Shown here piece after piece: positions 18,191 to 28,889 of a stretch of 51,542 nucleotides of DNA (the stretch's first letter is position 1; every line of letters begins with the position of its first letter). A program made the position numbers and the translations under genes. The notes under the pieces were generated by a model that ran no database searches, was not told the origin of the DNA, and was given only the letters and a program-made list of their open reading frames with translations. Source of the DNA: Clostridia bacterium (lineage in GTDB: Bacteria; Bacillota; Clostridia; Christensenellales; UBA1242); assembly GCA_017452165.1 (NCBI GenBank), contig JAFTMY010000090.1, positions 1-51,542 of the forward strand, written 5' to 3'.

Positions 18191-19949
18191 TTTCAAGTTC
18201 CTCCTTTGAAAGTTGTGAAAGAGCAATTTCTCTATAAATTTCGCAGGTTTCCATTAACTCATTATGCTTACCCTCACCAACAACTGTTCCTTTATCAAGA
18301 ACAAGGATTTTGTCAGCATCTTTAATAGTTCCAATTCTTTGAGCAACAATAAGACATGTTGTGTCACCACTTTTTTGTTTGAGTGCCTCTCGAAGATTTT
18401 TATCGGTCTTATAATCAAGCGCAGAGAAACTATCATCAAAGATTAAAATTTCTGGATTACGAGCAAGCGCTCTTGCAATAGAAATTCTTTGTTTTTGACC
18501 ACCTGAAACATTTTTTCCACCTTGGTCAATTCTTGAGTCAATTCCTTCAGATAAATTATAAACAAACGATGATTGTGAAATATCAAGTGCTTTTTCAATG
18601 CTTTCATCATTTGGTTTTGCGTTTTCTTTATAACCTAAAGTAACATTACTTTTTACTGTTCCTGAAAATAAAACTGCCTTTTGAGAGATGTAACCAATTT
18701 TATTGTTAAGTTGCTCTAAAGTATAATCTTTTACATTTACGCCATCTACAATAACTTGTCCTTCAGTTGCATCATAAATTCTTGGAACAAGGTTAATAAG
18801 TGTGCTTTTACCACTTCCTGTTGAACCAATAAACGCAACAGTTTGACCCTTTTTAACCTTAAAGTTAATATCATGAAGCACATATTCTTCAGCATCAGGA
18901 TACTTAAAGCCAACATTAACAAATTGAATTTCGCCTTCTTTATCTTTAAGTGGCTTATCTGTTCCCTTTCCATCTTCAACAGAATTTTTGGTATCTAAAA
19001 CTTCGTTGATACGTTTTGCAGAAACTTGCGCTCTTGGAAGCATCATAAATATCATAATGAGAACTATAAAACTCATAATAACTTGAATAGCATAGTTTCC
19101 AAATGTCATCATCTTGCCTAAGATTGCACCCTTCTCACTAAGACCTGCATTTTTAATTAAATAAGCACCAATAGTATAAATTGAAAGAGGTAATCCGTTC
19201 ATAACAATTGTCATTGTTGGATCCATAAGAGACATAATACCACTAATACTTAAATGGTTATGAGTAATATCACTGTTTACCTTTTCAAATTTTTCAGTTT
19301 GATATTCTTCTGCATTAAATGCACGAACAACTCTTGTTCCAGTAAGACCCTCACGAGAAACTTTGTTTAAGTTATCAGTTAATGTTTGAATCTTTTTAAA
19401 TTTTGGAAGTGCAAAAATAACTATTAAAACTATTGTTATTGCAATAATACCAACAGCAGAAGCAGTTGCAATTGACCAAGAAATATTTGCTGAAATAATT
19501 TTTGTAATCGCCATAACAGCCATTACTGGTGCTTTAACTAAAACTGTCATACCCATTGCTATTAAATTTTGAACTTGAACAATATCATTTGTTGACCTTG
19601 TAATTAAACTTGGTGTTGAAAAATGTTTTATTTCAGCACTTGAAAAATTAATAACTTTTTCATAAACTTTAAGTCTTAATTTTTTTCCAAGACCAACTGC
19701 GACTTTTGACGAAAAGAATTTAGAAACGATAATACATACAACGGAAGCGACAGCAAATCCGAGCATATAAAGACCATTTATTAAAATTTCTTTAATTTGA
19801 ACATTTTTTGAACCAGTTATATTGTTTATAATTTTTTCCATATACTCTGGAATTTCAAGTTCGCAGTATACATTGCAAACAATAAACACACAACTAATTA
19901 AAACAAAAATCCAATCTTTTTTGCTTAAATATTTTAATTGTTTTAGCAT
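18183..19949 (-). CDS. ABC exporter, fused permease/ATPase (heterodimer subunit 1)
   Basis: GSTGSGKSTL, VSGGQKQRISIARA, LIFDDSFSALD, AQRIGT. AAGGAG RBS. Confidence 0.9.
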   Translation of the reverse strand: MLKQLKYLSKKDWIFVLISCVFIVCNVYCELEIPEYMEKIINNITGSKNVQIKEILINGLYMLGFAVASVVCIIVSKFFSSKVAVGLGKKLRLKVYEKVINFSSAEIKHFSTPSLITRSTNDIVQVQNLIAMGMTVLVKAPVMAVMAITKIISANISWSIATASAVGIIAITIVLIVIFALPKFKKIQTLTDNLNKVSREGLTGTRVVRAFNAEEYQTEKFEKVNSDITHNHLSISGIMSLMDPTMTIVMNGLPLSIYTIGAYLIKNAGLSEKGAILGKMMTFGNYAIQVIMSFIVLIMIFMMLPRAQVSAKRINEVLDTKNSVEDGKGTDKPLKDKEGEIQFVNVGFKYPDAEEYVLHDINFKVKKGQTVAFIGSTGSGKSTLINLVPRIYDATEGQVIVDGVNVKDYTLEQLNNKIGYISQKAVLFSGTVKSNVTLGYKENAKPNDESIEKALDISQSSFVYNLSEGIDSRIDQGGKNVSGGQKQRISIARALARNPEILIFDDSFSALDYKTDKNLREALKQKSGDTTCLIVAQRIGTIKDADKILVLDKGTVVGEGKHNELMETCEIYREIALSQLSKEELENA

Positions 19950-20113
19950 ATTTTCTCCTTATTTGTATTTATTAATATTTTTATTTTTATAACCTAAACA
20001 TTATAATACTTTAATTAATTTTATGCAATAAGTTTTAAAAATAAATTATAATTATTTTCTTTTTGATTTTTTATATTTTATGATATAATACTAATTGTTA
20101 CAAAAGAAAAATA

Positions 20114-21169
20114 ATGTTAGGAATAAAAATGGAATTAAGAACAAAAGATAAAATGACTAAACAAGTAATTTCAAAAAGAGAAGTTGATTTTACAAAGGAA
20201 ACTACAAGTAAAATAAAACTTACTAATGAATTAGAATCTAAGTCTATCAAAACAAATGAAGAAATCACAAAAACTGAAAATACAACAACTGAAATTTTAC
20301 AAAATAACAACACTAATAAAACCAAAGAAATTGTTTCAAAATCTAAAACTAATAAAAATAAAAGTTTAGAAGATGAAGAAATATACAATAAAAGTGACAA
20401 GGAAATTAATATTCATAAAAATCATAGGCAAAGACTAAAAACTCAATTTTTAGATAATGGTTTAACTGCTCTCACTGATATTCAGAAATTAGAACTTTTA
20501 CTATTTTTCTCAATACCACAAAAAGATACAAATCCAATCGCTCACAAACTACTTAGTAGATTTGGTTCTATTAAAGAAATCTTATCTGCTGAGCCATCGA
20601 GACTTATGGAAGTAAATGGTATAAAAGAAAACTCTGTTACTCTAATAAAACTTGTAAATAGTATGCTTTCTTATATCTCAATGCCTAATATGCAAGACAG
20701 CATATCATCTGTTATTGATGCAAAGGAGTTTTGCTCAAAACTTTACAGTGGCGTTGATGTTGAACAATTTTATGTAATTTGTTTAACTAAATCAAATAAG
20801 ATTAAAAACATAAAGTTGATTAAATCAGGTTCATCGGACGAAGTAAATGTTCAAATTAGAACTATTACTGAATTTGCGTTAGAGTCAAAGTGTAATAGAA
20901 TTATAATTAGCCACAACCACCCTAACGGCTACGCTGATATGTCTGACGAAGACTGCTCTTTTACCTACTCTTTAATTTGTAGTTGCTTACTTAATTCAAT
21001 TGATATTATTGACCATATTATCGTGGGAACAGATAGAAGTGTATCACTTGCATCTATGAGAGTTCTCCAAAAATTAAAAGAGCGTGCAGTAAACACTATA
21101 CAACTTCCTAAAGATAAGGTAATGCAACTTTCTAATCAATCGAAAGAATATATTATTGATGAAGAATAA
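20114..21169 (+). CDS. radC: RadC-family JAB/MPN domain protein with a ~100-aa low-complexity N-terminal extension
   Basis: HRQRLKTQFLDNGLTALTDIQKLELLLFF, helix-hairpin-helix region LLSRFGSIKEILSA, JAMM motif ISHNHPNG. The start is uncertain; the ATG at 20129 has an AGGAA RBS. Confidence 0.8.
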   Translation: MLGIKMELRTKDKMTKQVISKREVDFTKETTSKIKLTNELESKSIKTNEEITKTENTTTEILQNNNTNKTKEIVSKSKTNKNKSLEDEEIYNKSDKEINIHKNHRQRLKTQFLDNGLTALTDIQKLELLLFFSIPQKDTNPIAHKLLSRFGSIKEILSAEPSRLMEVNGIKENSVTLIKLVNSMLSYISMPNMQDSISSVIDAKEFCSKLYSGVDVEQFYVICLTKSNKIKNIKLIKSGSSDEVNVQIRTITEFALESKCNRIIISHNHPNGYADMSDEDCSFTYSLICSCLLNSIDIIDHIIVGTDRSVSLASMRVLQKLKERAVNTIQLPKDKVMQLSNQSKEYIIDEE

Positions 21170-21173
21170 TTTT

Positions 21174-21208
21174 AAAAATGCAAATTTATTTTTGCATTTT
21201 TTTTATAT
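21174..21208 (+). terminator. terminator after radC
   Basis: aaaaatgcaaa / tttgcattttt hairpin plus a T-run. Confidence 0.6.
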
Positions 21209-21244
21209 ATCAGTAATAAAATTTATTATAAAAAGGAGACCATT

Positions 21245-23857
21245 TTGGATTTTTATAATAAAGATTTAGATGAAATATATAAAGAATTAGACTCATGCGA
21301 AAGTGGATTAAAAGAAAACCAAATTACTGCAAAAATAGAAAAATATGGCAAAAATATTATAGAAAAACAGCGAAAAATTAGTTTTATTCATAAATTTTTA
21401 AACCAGTTCAAAAATTTAATGATTATAATTTTAATAATATCTGCAATAATTTCTATCACAATGGCAGTGTCTCAAAAAGATAATGAAAATCTTTTTGAAG
21501 GAATATTAATTTTTATAATTGTAATCATTAATGCAATTGTTGGAGTTATTCAAGAGCAAAAAGCAGAGAACGCACTCTCTGCACTTGAAAAATCAACTGA
21601 ACCATTTGCTAAAATTTATAGAAACGGAAAATTAAAAAAAATTAAAGTTAGTGAAATAGTGGTTGGAGACATTATTGAACTTAAAAGTGGAGATATTGTT
21701 CCCGCTGATATTAGAATAATCTCGTGCAATAATTTTAAGTGTAATGAAAGTTCACTTACTGGAGAAAGTCATTCTGTTTCCAAAACAAACAATACCTTAA
21801 AGTATTCTAATATTCAAATTGCCGACCAAGAAAATATTTGTTTTTCAGGAACTAATGTAATATCTGGAACTGCAAAAGGAATCGTTTTTGCAACAGGTAA
21901 TAACACTGAAATAGGTAAAATTGCAAGCATTTTAACAAAGTCAAAAAAAGAAAAAACACCACTTGAAAAAAACATAGATAAAATAGGAAAAGTATTAACT
22001 TTTATTATACTTGCAATTGTTGTAATCGTCTTTATTATCCAAATTACTTTTAATAAAAATCAAACTATTACTAACGCTCTTCTTACTGCCGTATCTCTTG
22101 CTGTTGCTGCAATACCTGAAAGCCTACCCGCTGTAATAACAATTATAATGGCAATGGGTGTTCAAAAACTTGCACGCAAAAATGCCATAGTAAAAAAACT
22201 TTCTTCAGTTGAAACACTTGGCTCATGTAATGTAATTTGTTCAGATAAAACAGGAACACTGACTCAAAATAAAATGCAAGTAAAACACATCTATAATTGC
22301 GATAAACTCTTTGATGAATTAAATTTTAATATAAGTGAAAATGAAACACTAATAAACATCTCTTCACTTTGTAATAACGCAAAAATTAATGAAAATAAAA
22401 TAATAGCAGATGCAACAGAAACTGCAATTATTAACTTTTTAAATGATAAAAATATAGATTTTTGCAAAAAAAAAGAAAAAAATCGCAGAATTTATGAAAG
22501 TGAATTTAATTCATTAAAAAAGACAATGAGCGTAATTTGTGAAAATAAAAATGAAAAAACAGTCTACTGTAAAGGTGCAATAGATTATATAATAAATGAC
22601 TGCTCATACATTTTAATTAACGGAAATGTTATTACTCTTACAAGTAAATTAAAGAAAAAAATATTACTTGAAAATGAAAAAGTTTGCGAGTATGGTGAAA
22701 GAGTTATTGCATTTGCCTACAAAAAAATCAATGATACAAATTTAAAAAATCTAAATAAAGATTTAATATTTGCAGGTTTTTTTGGAATAATTGACCCACC
22801 AAGAATTGAAGCAAAAGACTCAGTTAAAGAGTGTCAAAGAGCAGGTTTAAAAGTTATTATGATTACAGGAGACCACCCATCAACGGCCTACTCCATTGCT
22901 AAAAAATTAGATATTGCAAAATCAAAAAAAGAAGTTTTATCTGGTCAAGAACTTAGTAAACTATCAAAAAAAGAACTTTCTAAAATAATTAAAAATTACT
23001 GCGTTTTTGCAAGAGTTACCCCTGAGCATAAACTTATGATAGTAAGTGCTCTTAAAGAAAATGGATACATTGTTGCAATGACTGGCGATGGTGTCAATGA
23101 TGCACCAAGCATAAAGCAATCAAACATCGGACTTAGCATGGGAAGTGGCACTGATGTAACCAAAGAAGTTGCCGATATCATCATTTCTGACGATAATTTT
23201 TCAACTATAGTTGTTGCAGTAAAAGAAGGTCGAACAATTTATAACAACATTTCTAAAACCATTTTATTTTTACTTTCAACCAACATTGTTGAAGTTTTGG
23301 GAATATTTATAACTTCTCTTATTATTCCTGAAGTTGTCTTTTTATCTCCCACTCAGATACTCTTTATTAATCTTGTAACAGATAGTTTGCCAGCCTTTGC
23401 TCTAGGAATAGAGCCACCTGAAAAAAACATTATGGATAGAGAGCCAAGAGACCCAAGCAAAACAATTCTTTCAGGAAAAACTGGAAGTTCAATTATCTAC
23501 CAAGGATTTATTCAATCGCTGATAGTTTTAATTATGTTCATCACTGCAAATTATAAATTCGGAAGTAATGTTGCAAGCACAATGTCTTTTATGACAATTT
23601 GTCTAATGCAAATAATACATGCCATTAACTGCAAAACAGAGCGAAGTATTTTTAAAACAAATATTTTTAAAAATAAGTTTTTTAATTTTAGTTTTATTTT
23701 TTTACTATCTTTAATTCTTGGAATATATTTCACTCCATTTTTTGCTAGATTGTTTGATTTAACAATATTAAACACTTTGCAGTGGCTAATCGTTTCAATT
23801 ACAAGTATATCAATTATCCCTCTTGTGGAACTCGGAAAAATTTTTATAAAAGATTAA
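21245..23857 (+). CDS. P-type (P2, Ca2+-type) cation-transporting ATPase
   Basis: CSDKTGTLTQNKM phosphorylation site, TGES, MITGDHPSTA, TGDGVNDAPS, PESLPAV in TM4. TTG start at 21245 with AAGGAGA 5-7 nt upstream. Confidence 0.9.
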   Translation: MDFYNKDLDEIYKELDSCESGLKENQITAKIEKYGKNIIEKQRKISFIHKFLNQFKNLMIIILIISAIISITMAVSQKDNENLFEGILIFIIVIINAIVGVIQEQKAENALSALEKSTEPFAKIYRNGKLKKIKVSEIVVGDIIELKSGDIVPADIRIISCNNFKCNESSLTGESHSVSKTNNTLKYSNIQIADQENICFSGTNVISGTAKGIVFATGNNTEIGKIASILTKSKKEKTPLEKNIDKIGKVLTFIILAIVVIVFIIQITFNKNQTITNALLTAVSLAVAAIPESLPAVITIIMAMGVQKLARKNAIVKKLSSVETLGSCNVICSDKTGTLTQNKMQVKHIYNCDKLFDELNFNISENETLINISSLCNNAKINENKIIADATETAIINFLNDKNIDFCKKKEKNRRIYESEFNSLKKTMSVICENKNEKTVYCKGAIDYIINDCSYILINGNVITLTSKLKKKILLENEKVCEYGERVIAFAYKKINDTNLKNLNKDLIFAGFFGIIDPPRIEAKDSVKECQRAGLKVIMITGDHPSTAYSIAKKLDIAKSKKEVLSGQELSKLSKKELSKIIKNYCVFARVTPEHKLMIVSALKENGYIVAMTGDGVNDAPSIKQSNIGLSMGSGTDVTKEVADIIISDDNFSTIVVAVKEGRTIYNNISKTILFLLSTNIVEVLGIFITSLIIPEVVFLSPTQILFINLVTDSLPAFALGIEPPEKNIMDREPRDPSKTILSGKTGSSIIYQGFIQSLIVLIMFITANYKFGSNVASTMSFMTICLMQIIHAINCKTERSIFKTNIFKNKFFNFSFIFLLSLILGIYFTPFFARLFDLTILNTLQWLIVSITSISIIPLVELGKIFIKD

Positions 23858-23943
23858 ATGAAATAAAAAATCTATAAATATTAATTTTGTTTATATTAAC
23901 AAAAATTCACTTATAGATCATAATTTTAATATATTACTAAGAT

Positions 23944-23979
23944 AAAAAAAAGATAGACTTTATTCGTCTATCTTTTTTA
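23944..23979. terminator. bidirectional terminator
   Basis: agatagac-tttattc-gtctatct hairpin with flanking A and T runs, between convergent genes. Confidence 0.65.
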
Positions 23980-23983
23980 TTAA

Positions 23984-24880
23984 TTATTTACTAAACATTA
24001 ATCCATATTCATCTGCTTTTTCATCTACGCAAACAAAACTAAAAGTTCCAAGTGTATCAATTCCACCAATTGCAATATCGCCTATTGCCTTTGTAAATTT
24101 TTCAAGAGTCATTTCATCTTCTGCTGGGAAAATAAAACTAATAAGTAAGTTAATTAAAACTTCACTCTTTTCAACTGTTTTATTGTTGATAGATATTTTA
24201 CCCATAACTCTAAAATCACTTCTTACTCTTAAATCAATATCATAATCAATTGTAAAGTATAAATTATTTGGAATAATAACATTTAAAATTGCTTCCGTTG
24301 TTTCCATTTGCTCAGCGATTTGAGCACATAATGATTCTGTATTAATCTTTACAATAAATTTTACATTTGCTTTATCATAAGACAATGTTTCGCTATTAAA
24401 ACTTTCTTTATCCGGTGTAATAACAAAATCAATTACTTCAATATTAACTGCATCAATGTAGTTTAAATTTTGAAGGTTTTGTGATAAAATTTCACTTTGA
24501 ACAAGTGCATTACTTACTGCTGCAACTTCTCTATCTGATAGAACCATTGTTGAATTTACATTTTTACCAAAGGTTGAAATGTTTTCTTGCATAATTGTTC
24601 CGTCATCTTCAATCTTATAACCCACATCTTGAAGTTTCTCAACTGCTGATTCAAGGTCTGTTTCTTCAAAACCATTTTTAACAATTTTTGATTCTTTTGG
24701 AACGCCATAAAGCGATGCAAAAACATTTGTTAAATCTTTTACACTAGATATTCCATAATGCGAAAAGTTTCTAGGAATAATAATTTTATCAAGCGAAAAA
24801 TACCCGCAAGCAAAAACTGCGAATACACAAGAAATCACAACAAATATTTTTACAAATAAATTAAACTTACTTTTCTTCAC
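23984..24880 (-). CDS. membrane-anchored (N-terminal TM) protein, unknown function
   Basis: GTG start with AGGAA upstream. One N-terminal hydrophobic segment (FVKIFVVISCVFAVFACGYF), then a soluble domain. Confidence 0.6.
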   Translation of the reverse strand: MKKSKFNLFVKIFVVISCVFAVFACGYFSLDKIIIPRNFSHYGISSVKDLTNVFASLYGVPKESKIVKNGFEETDLESAVEKLQDVGYKIEDDGTIMQENISTFGKNVNSTMVLSDREVAAVSNALVQSEILSQNLQNLNYIDAVNIEVIDFVITPDKESFNSETLSYDKANVKFIVKINTESLCAQIAEQMETTEAILNVIIPNNLYFTIDYDIDLRVRSDFRVMGKISINNKTVEKSEVLINLLISFIFPAEDEMTLEKFTKAIGDIAIGGIDTLGTFSFVCVDEKADEYGLMFSK

Positions 24881-24919
24881 TTTTAAAATTTCCTAATTAC
24901 TTAAACTAGCAAAGGTAAA

Positions 24920-25024
24920 CTAAATGCTACCTGTTATTGACGCTTTAAAAACAAAGAATAAAACAACGACACTTACAATTACAATGCCAATTAGTTTAAA
25001 AATACTAAATCTTCTTTCTGCCAT
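24920..25024 (-). CDS. possible 34-aa single-TM micro-protein
   Basis: Absent from the ORF track. ATG at 25024 has GAGGA 7 nt upstream. Sequence MAERRFSIFKLIGIVIVSVVVLFFVFKASITGSI, TAG stop. Lies between tilS and the 298-aa gene on the same strand. Support is weak. Confidence 0.3.
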   Translation of the reverse strand: MAERRFSIFKLIGIVIVSVVVLFFVFKASITGSI

Positions 25025-25108
25025 ATTTATTCCTCTACTTAATTATTTCAAGCCCTAATATTTCATTTATATTATTATATTATGCAAAGCACCATCTTGT
25101 CAAGAACA

Positions 25109-26446
25109 TTAATTTTTAATAACTGAAATTTTGACAATTTTATCAGTTTCAGAACACATTTTTACATGCTCACTAATATCATAACCAGCAACTAGATAAA
25201 TTTTATCTCCATTTGCAAGGACTGGAATAGAATCTCTTAAATCTTGGTCTATCTTTTTGTCTGATAAATAATCATTAAGTTTCTTTGTTCCAGAGCCAAG
25301 TTTTTTAAACATATCGCCTTGTTTTCTAAATCTCCAAATCGCCTTATTTGAAATTTTGTAGTAGTCGATATACTGATTACCATCTCCATAATGAACATCA
25401 TTTTCACTGACAATTTCAGCAACAATGTCACCATATCCTTCAATATGAGTTGTTCCTATTATAAAAGCGTGTTCACTTTCAAGAACTTTTTTAGCAGTCT
25501 TTTTATAAAACTTAACACCTTCGTATACTTTTTTAGCAACAATTCCATGTGGCATATCAAGTTTTGAATTCACAGGAAGTTTGTTAAGGTCATGAATTAA
25601 TGCATAATGCTTAGACTCAATATCCCAGTAGATTTTTAATTTTTCAAAAGCAATTTTTAAATACTCTCTAATTACAAACTTTTTATTATTAAAAGCGTCA
25701 CCTTTTACAAGGATTGAATCTTTTTGTTCAATGATTAAATTTCTATTAACCAAACTCTCTACATATTTTTGAACTTCATTACATTTTTCGCCAAAAAGAC
25801 AAATCATATTAACTGCATCACCGTAAATTTCTTCAACCATAGGAATAACAACATTTCTAATATAGTTTCTTGTATAGTGGTTATCATTGTTTGAAGAATC
25901 TTCAATAAAGTCAATATTATGCTCTTTACAAATTTCAAGTATAGCCTTTTTTGAATATTTTAAAAGTGGTCTGCAAGTTGTATCGCTTGGCCTAATACCA
26001 GAAGCCCCACCGACACCTGCACCACGGAAAATGTGCATTAAAATAGTTTCTGCTTGGTCATTTGCATGGTGAGCCAAAAATAATTTATTTAATTTAGCCT
26101 TTTTCATCTCACCATAAATAGCCTCATATCTTGCAATTCTTGCAGCCTCTTCAATAGTCTTTTTTGTTTCTTTTTTAAGTTTTTTTACATTAACATCAAA
26201 AACTTTAAAGTCTATATTATGAGCCACGCAAAAATCTTCAACAAACTTGCAGTCGCTATCACTCTCTTCACCTCTTAAATGATGATTAATATGAATAACT
26301 TTCATATAAAAATTTACACTCTTTTGTTTTTCTAAAAGTGCGTGAACTAAAAGCATTGAATCTGCTCCACCAGAAACACCAACGGCAATTCTATCATTTT
26401 CATTAATTAATTCGTCTGAAATTAAATTTTCTAACATAACCATCAC
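25109..26446 (-). CDS. tilS: tRNA(Ile)-lysidine synthetase
   Basis: PP-loop VGVSGGADSMLL, HINHHLRGEESD, LAHHANDQAETILM, C-terminal TilS domain. The exact start is ambiguous (GTG/ATG/ATG cluster after AGGTAGG). Confidence 0.9.
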   Translation of the reverse strand: MMVMLENLISDELINENDRIAVGVSGGADSMLLVHALLEKQKSVNFYMKVIHINHHLRGEESDSDCKFVEDFCVAHNIDFKVFDVNVKKLKKETKKTIEEAARIARYEAIYGEMKKAKLNKLFLAHHANDQAETILMHIFRGAGVGGASGIRPSDTTCRPLLKYSKKAILEICKEHNIDFIEDSSNNDNHYTRNYIRNVVIPMVEEIYGDAVNMICLFGEKCNEVQKYVESLVNRNLIIEQKDSILVKGDAFNNKKFVIREYLKIAFEKLKIYWDIESKHYALIHDLNKLPVNSKLDMPHGIVAKKVYEGVKFYKKTAKKVLESEHAFIIGTTHIEGYGDIVAEIVSENDVHYGDGNQYIDYYKISNKAIWRFRKQGDMFKKLGSGTKKLNDYLSDKKIDQDLRDSIPVLANGDKIYLVAGYDISEHVKMCSETDKIVKISVIKN

Positions 26447-26488
26447 CTACCTGTTTTTTTCAAGTATTTTAATTTTAAACTATTTTAA

Positions 26489-28801
26489 TTAATTTTTCAA
26501 TAAATTTATGCCTATTATTGTCATATCGTCCTTATGTTTTTGATTTTGAAACTCAACATCAGCAATAACTTCGTCTAAATATTTTTTTACATCAAAAATT
26601 TTAGAATCATTAATAAAGTTTTTATAATCATCAATTGAGCGAAAAGCATCTACAACACCATCACTTGCTAAAAATATCATATCACCTGCTGTTATTTGTT
26701 TTTTTATAATTGTTGGTTTTATATTTTGAACCATACCAATTGGCAAACTATCACACACAACAACTTCGCTAGTATTTTTATGTTTTATTACAGAGACACT
26801 TGCACCGAGTTTTATAAAAGTGCAAACTGCATTTTCTAAATCTATTACGCATGCATCAAGGGTTGTAAAATTATCAAGACCAGCAGGAAGAAGTAGTCTA
26901 TTAACAGACTGAATAATAAGGTCTTCTTCAAAGCCCACTTCAAAAAGAGATTTTATGAGCGAAAGCACCATTGAAGATATTTTATTTGCTTTTTCGCCAT
27001 GTCCCATACCATCAGCAATAGCAACAAAAAATCTATTTTCATCAAGTTTTTGAATAACAACATTGTCTCCGTTTTGACTTTCTTTTGATTTTGTAGAAAC
27101 TGAAAACATTGTTTTTATTTTACTAATTGGCAAAAATGTTGCATAACTCAGTCCCGAATATTCAATGTGTTTTACATCTTTTATCTTAACCCTATTTTTA
27201 ATAACCTTATAAATAGTATCTTGCATTTCTTTTTTTAAAATCTGCTCATTGGTTGAAATTATATTAACTGATTTAATACCAGACTTATTTTCAAAAATAG
27301 CAACTTCTTTTACATCTACCATACTAGATAATAAACTATCTTTTAAAATTTTTGACAACCTTTCATTAATGTTTGAAAAATTATCTATCATCTTCGAAAA
27401 ATTAAAAAATATACTTGAAAAGTTTTGAAGTTCATTTGCAATAACAAGTTTACTTTCATCTTCACTCTTCATTGTATTTTCATAAGATAAATATATTTTA
27501 GCAATTTTATTAATTTCATTTAATATAAAATTACTTTTTACGCAGTAAGACTGAATACCATTAGTTAAGTCAACAGGTGTTATTCCATTATAGTCAATTG
27601 ATTTTTTTATAAGTTCTTCAAATAATAATTTTTTATCAATATTACCCATAAAACAGGTTTTATAATATTCACAGTTATTGCAACAATTATTAATAACATC
27701 AATCGAAAGTTCACTACAAGCCTTGACCCTATCAATTTTACCAACAAGCAAAAACTTAAAACTATTTTGCATTGAAGTAAGAGTATTTGACATTAGCAAT
27801 AGTTTATTTTTTACAATTTGGATTTTATTATCATTTGTGAATTTATAGATATAATTAATCTCATCTTGCAAAAATAAATTTGATGCTTTTAAAAGTAAAT
27901 TATTAGGGAACAAAATAAAAATTAGAATTGCAAATAAAATTGAAATTATATTTAAAATAATAGAAATATTAAATACAAAGGTAAATGCAATCATTATCGC
28001 TGTGCTAATAAGTGAAAAAATAACCTTGTTAATATCTCTAAATTCTGAAAGAATAATTGAAATTAAAATTGTGTAAAGTAACATATTTATATTATTTGAC
28101 GCAATGACAAGCCCCAGCGAAAATAGTGTTGATAATATTAAAAATTTATCTGGTTTAAAAATTTTACATACAAATAAAATAAATAAATTAATAATTAAAT
28201 AGCATAAAAATATTGCAACAAATTTGTAACTAAAAAGACCAACTGATAAAAGAAGTTCAGCAAAAAAAATCAAAAAATAATCATATCGAGAAAATTTGCA
28301 AAATATTATTTTCTTTTCACACGAATTAAATAATTTATAAAAAAACAGCAAAATAACACACTCTATCACTAAATTTATAGCGAAAAACACAAGTGATTGC
28401 ACATTTGTTAAATCAAAATAAAGTTTAAGTGCATTAGATAAAAACAAAAAAATATATAGAAGAAAAATGGTTTTTTTTGTTTTTAAAAATTCACGTGTGA
28501 AATGATAAAGAAGCAAAATAATTATTTCATACATTGTCGAAACTAAAATATTTATATCAAAAAACATAAATATTTTAGATAAAAAATAAAAACAAACAAT
28601 TGATAAAATCTTCCCGTTAAAATAAATTCTTGTAAAAGCATAAGGCAAACCAATGGCACAAATAACTCTGCAAAAAACTATACGTGAGAAAAAAATCTGC
28701 ATAAGGCCATAGCAGAGTTCTTTTAAACAAACAATTAGTTTTGCCTTTAAATTTTTCATATTAATATGATAATAAAAACAGTTCAAGTTATCATCATACA
28801 A
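26489..28801 (-). CDS. spoIIE: SpoIIE-like membrane PP2C phosphatase
   Basis: About 10 TM segments in the N-terminal half. C-terminal PP2C/SpoIIE domain (FFVAIADGMGHGEKANKIS, MIFLASDGVVDAF, DDMTIIGINL). Lies directly upstream of tilS, as in Bacillus and Clostridium. Start codon uncertain. Confidence 0.75.
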   Translation of the reverse strand: MYDDNLNCFYYHINMKNLKAKLIVCLKELCYGLMQIFFSRIVFCRVICAIGLPYAFTRIYFNGKILSIVCFYFLSKIFMFFDINILVSTMYEIIILLLYHFTREFLKTKKTIFLLYIFLFLSNALKLYFDLTNVQSLVFFAINLVIECVILLFFYKLFNSCEKKIIFCKFSRYDYFLIFFAELLLSVGLFSYKFVAIFLCYLIINLFILFVCKIFKPDKFLILSTLFSLGLVIASNNINMLLYTILISIILSEFRDINKVIFSLISTAIMIAFTFVFNISIILNIISILFAILIFILFPNNLLLKASNLFLQDEINYIYKFTNDNKIQIVKNKLLLMSNTLTSMQNSFKFLLVGKIDRVKACSELSIDVINNCCNNCEYYKTCFMGNIDKKLLFEELIKKSIDYNGITPVDLTNGIQSYCVKSNFILNEINKIAKIYLSYENTMKSEDESKLVIANELQNFSSIFFNFSKMIDNFSNINERLSKILKDSLLSSMVDVKEVAIFENKSGIKSVNIISTNEQILKKEMQDTIYKVIKNRVKIKDVKHIEYSGLSYATFLPISKIKTMFSVSTKSKESQNGDNVVIQKLDENRFFVAIADGMGHGEKANKISSMVLSLIKSLFEVGFEEDLIIQSVNRLLLPAGLDNFTTLDACVIDLENAVCTFIKLGASVSVIKHKNTSEVVVCDSLPIGMVQNIKPTIIKKQITAGDMIFLASDGVVDAFRSIDDYKNFINDSKIFDVKKYLDEVIADVEFQNQKHKDDMTIIGINLLKN

Positions 28802-28889
28802 ATTTGTTGAAATAATATGAATTTTGAATTGTTTAAGTATTTTTTATTATAAAAAATAATGTGGAATAAAATTTTCCACATTATTTTAA

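Noticed and set aside
20098-20400. Antisense 100-aa ORF opposite the radC 5' region
   Set aside because: Low-complexity S/L/V translation of the reverse strand of a K/T/E-rich region.
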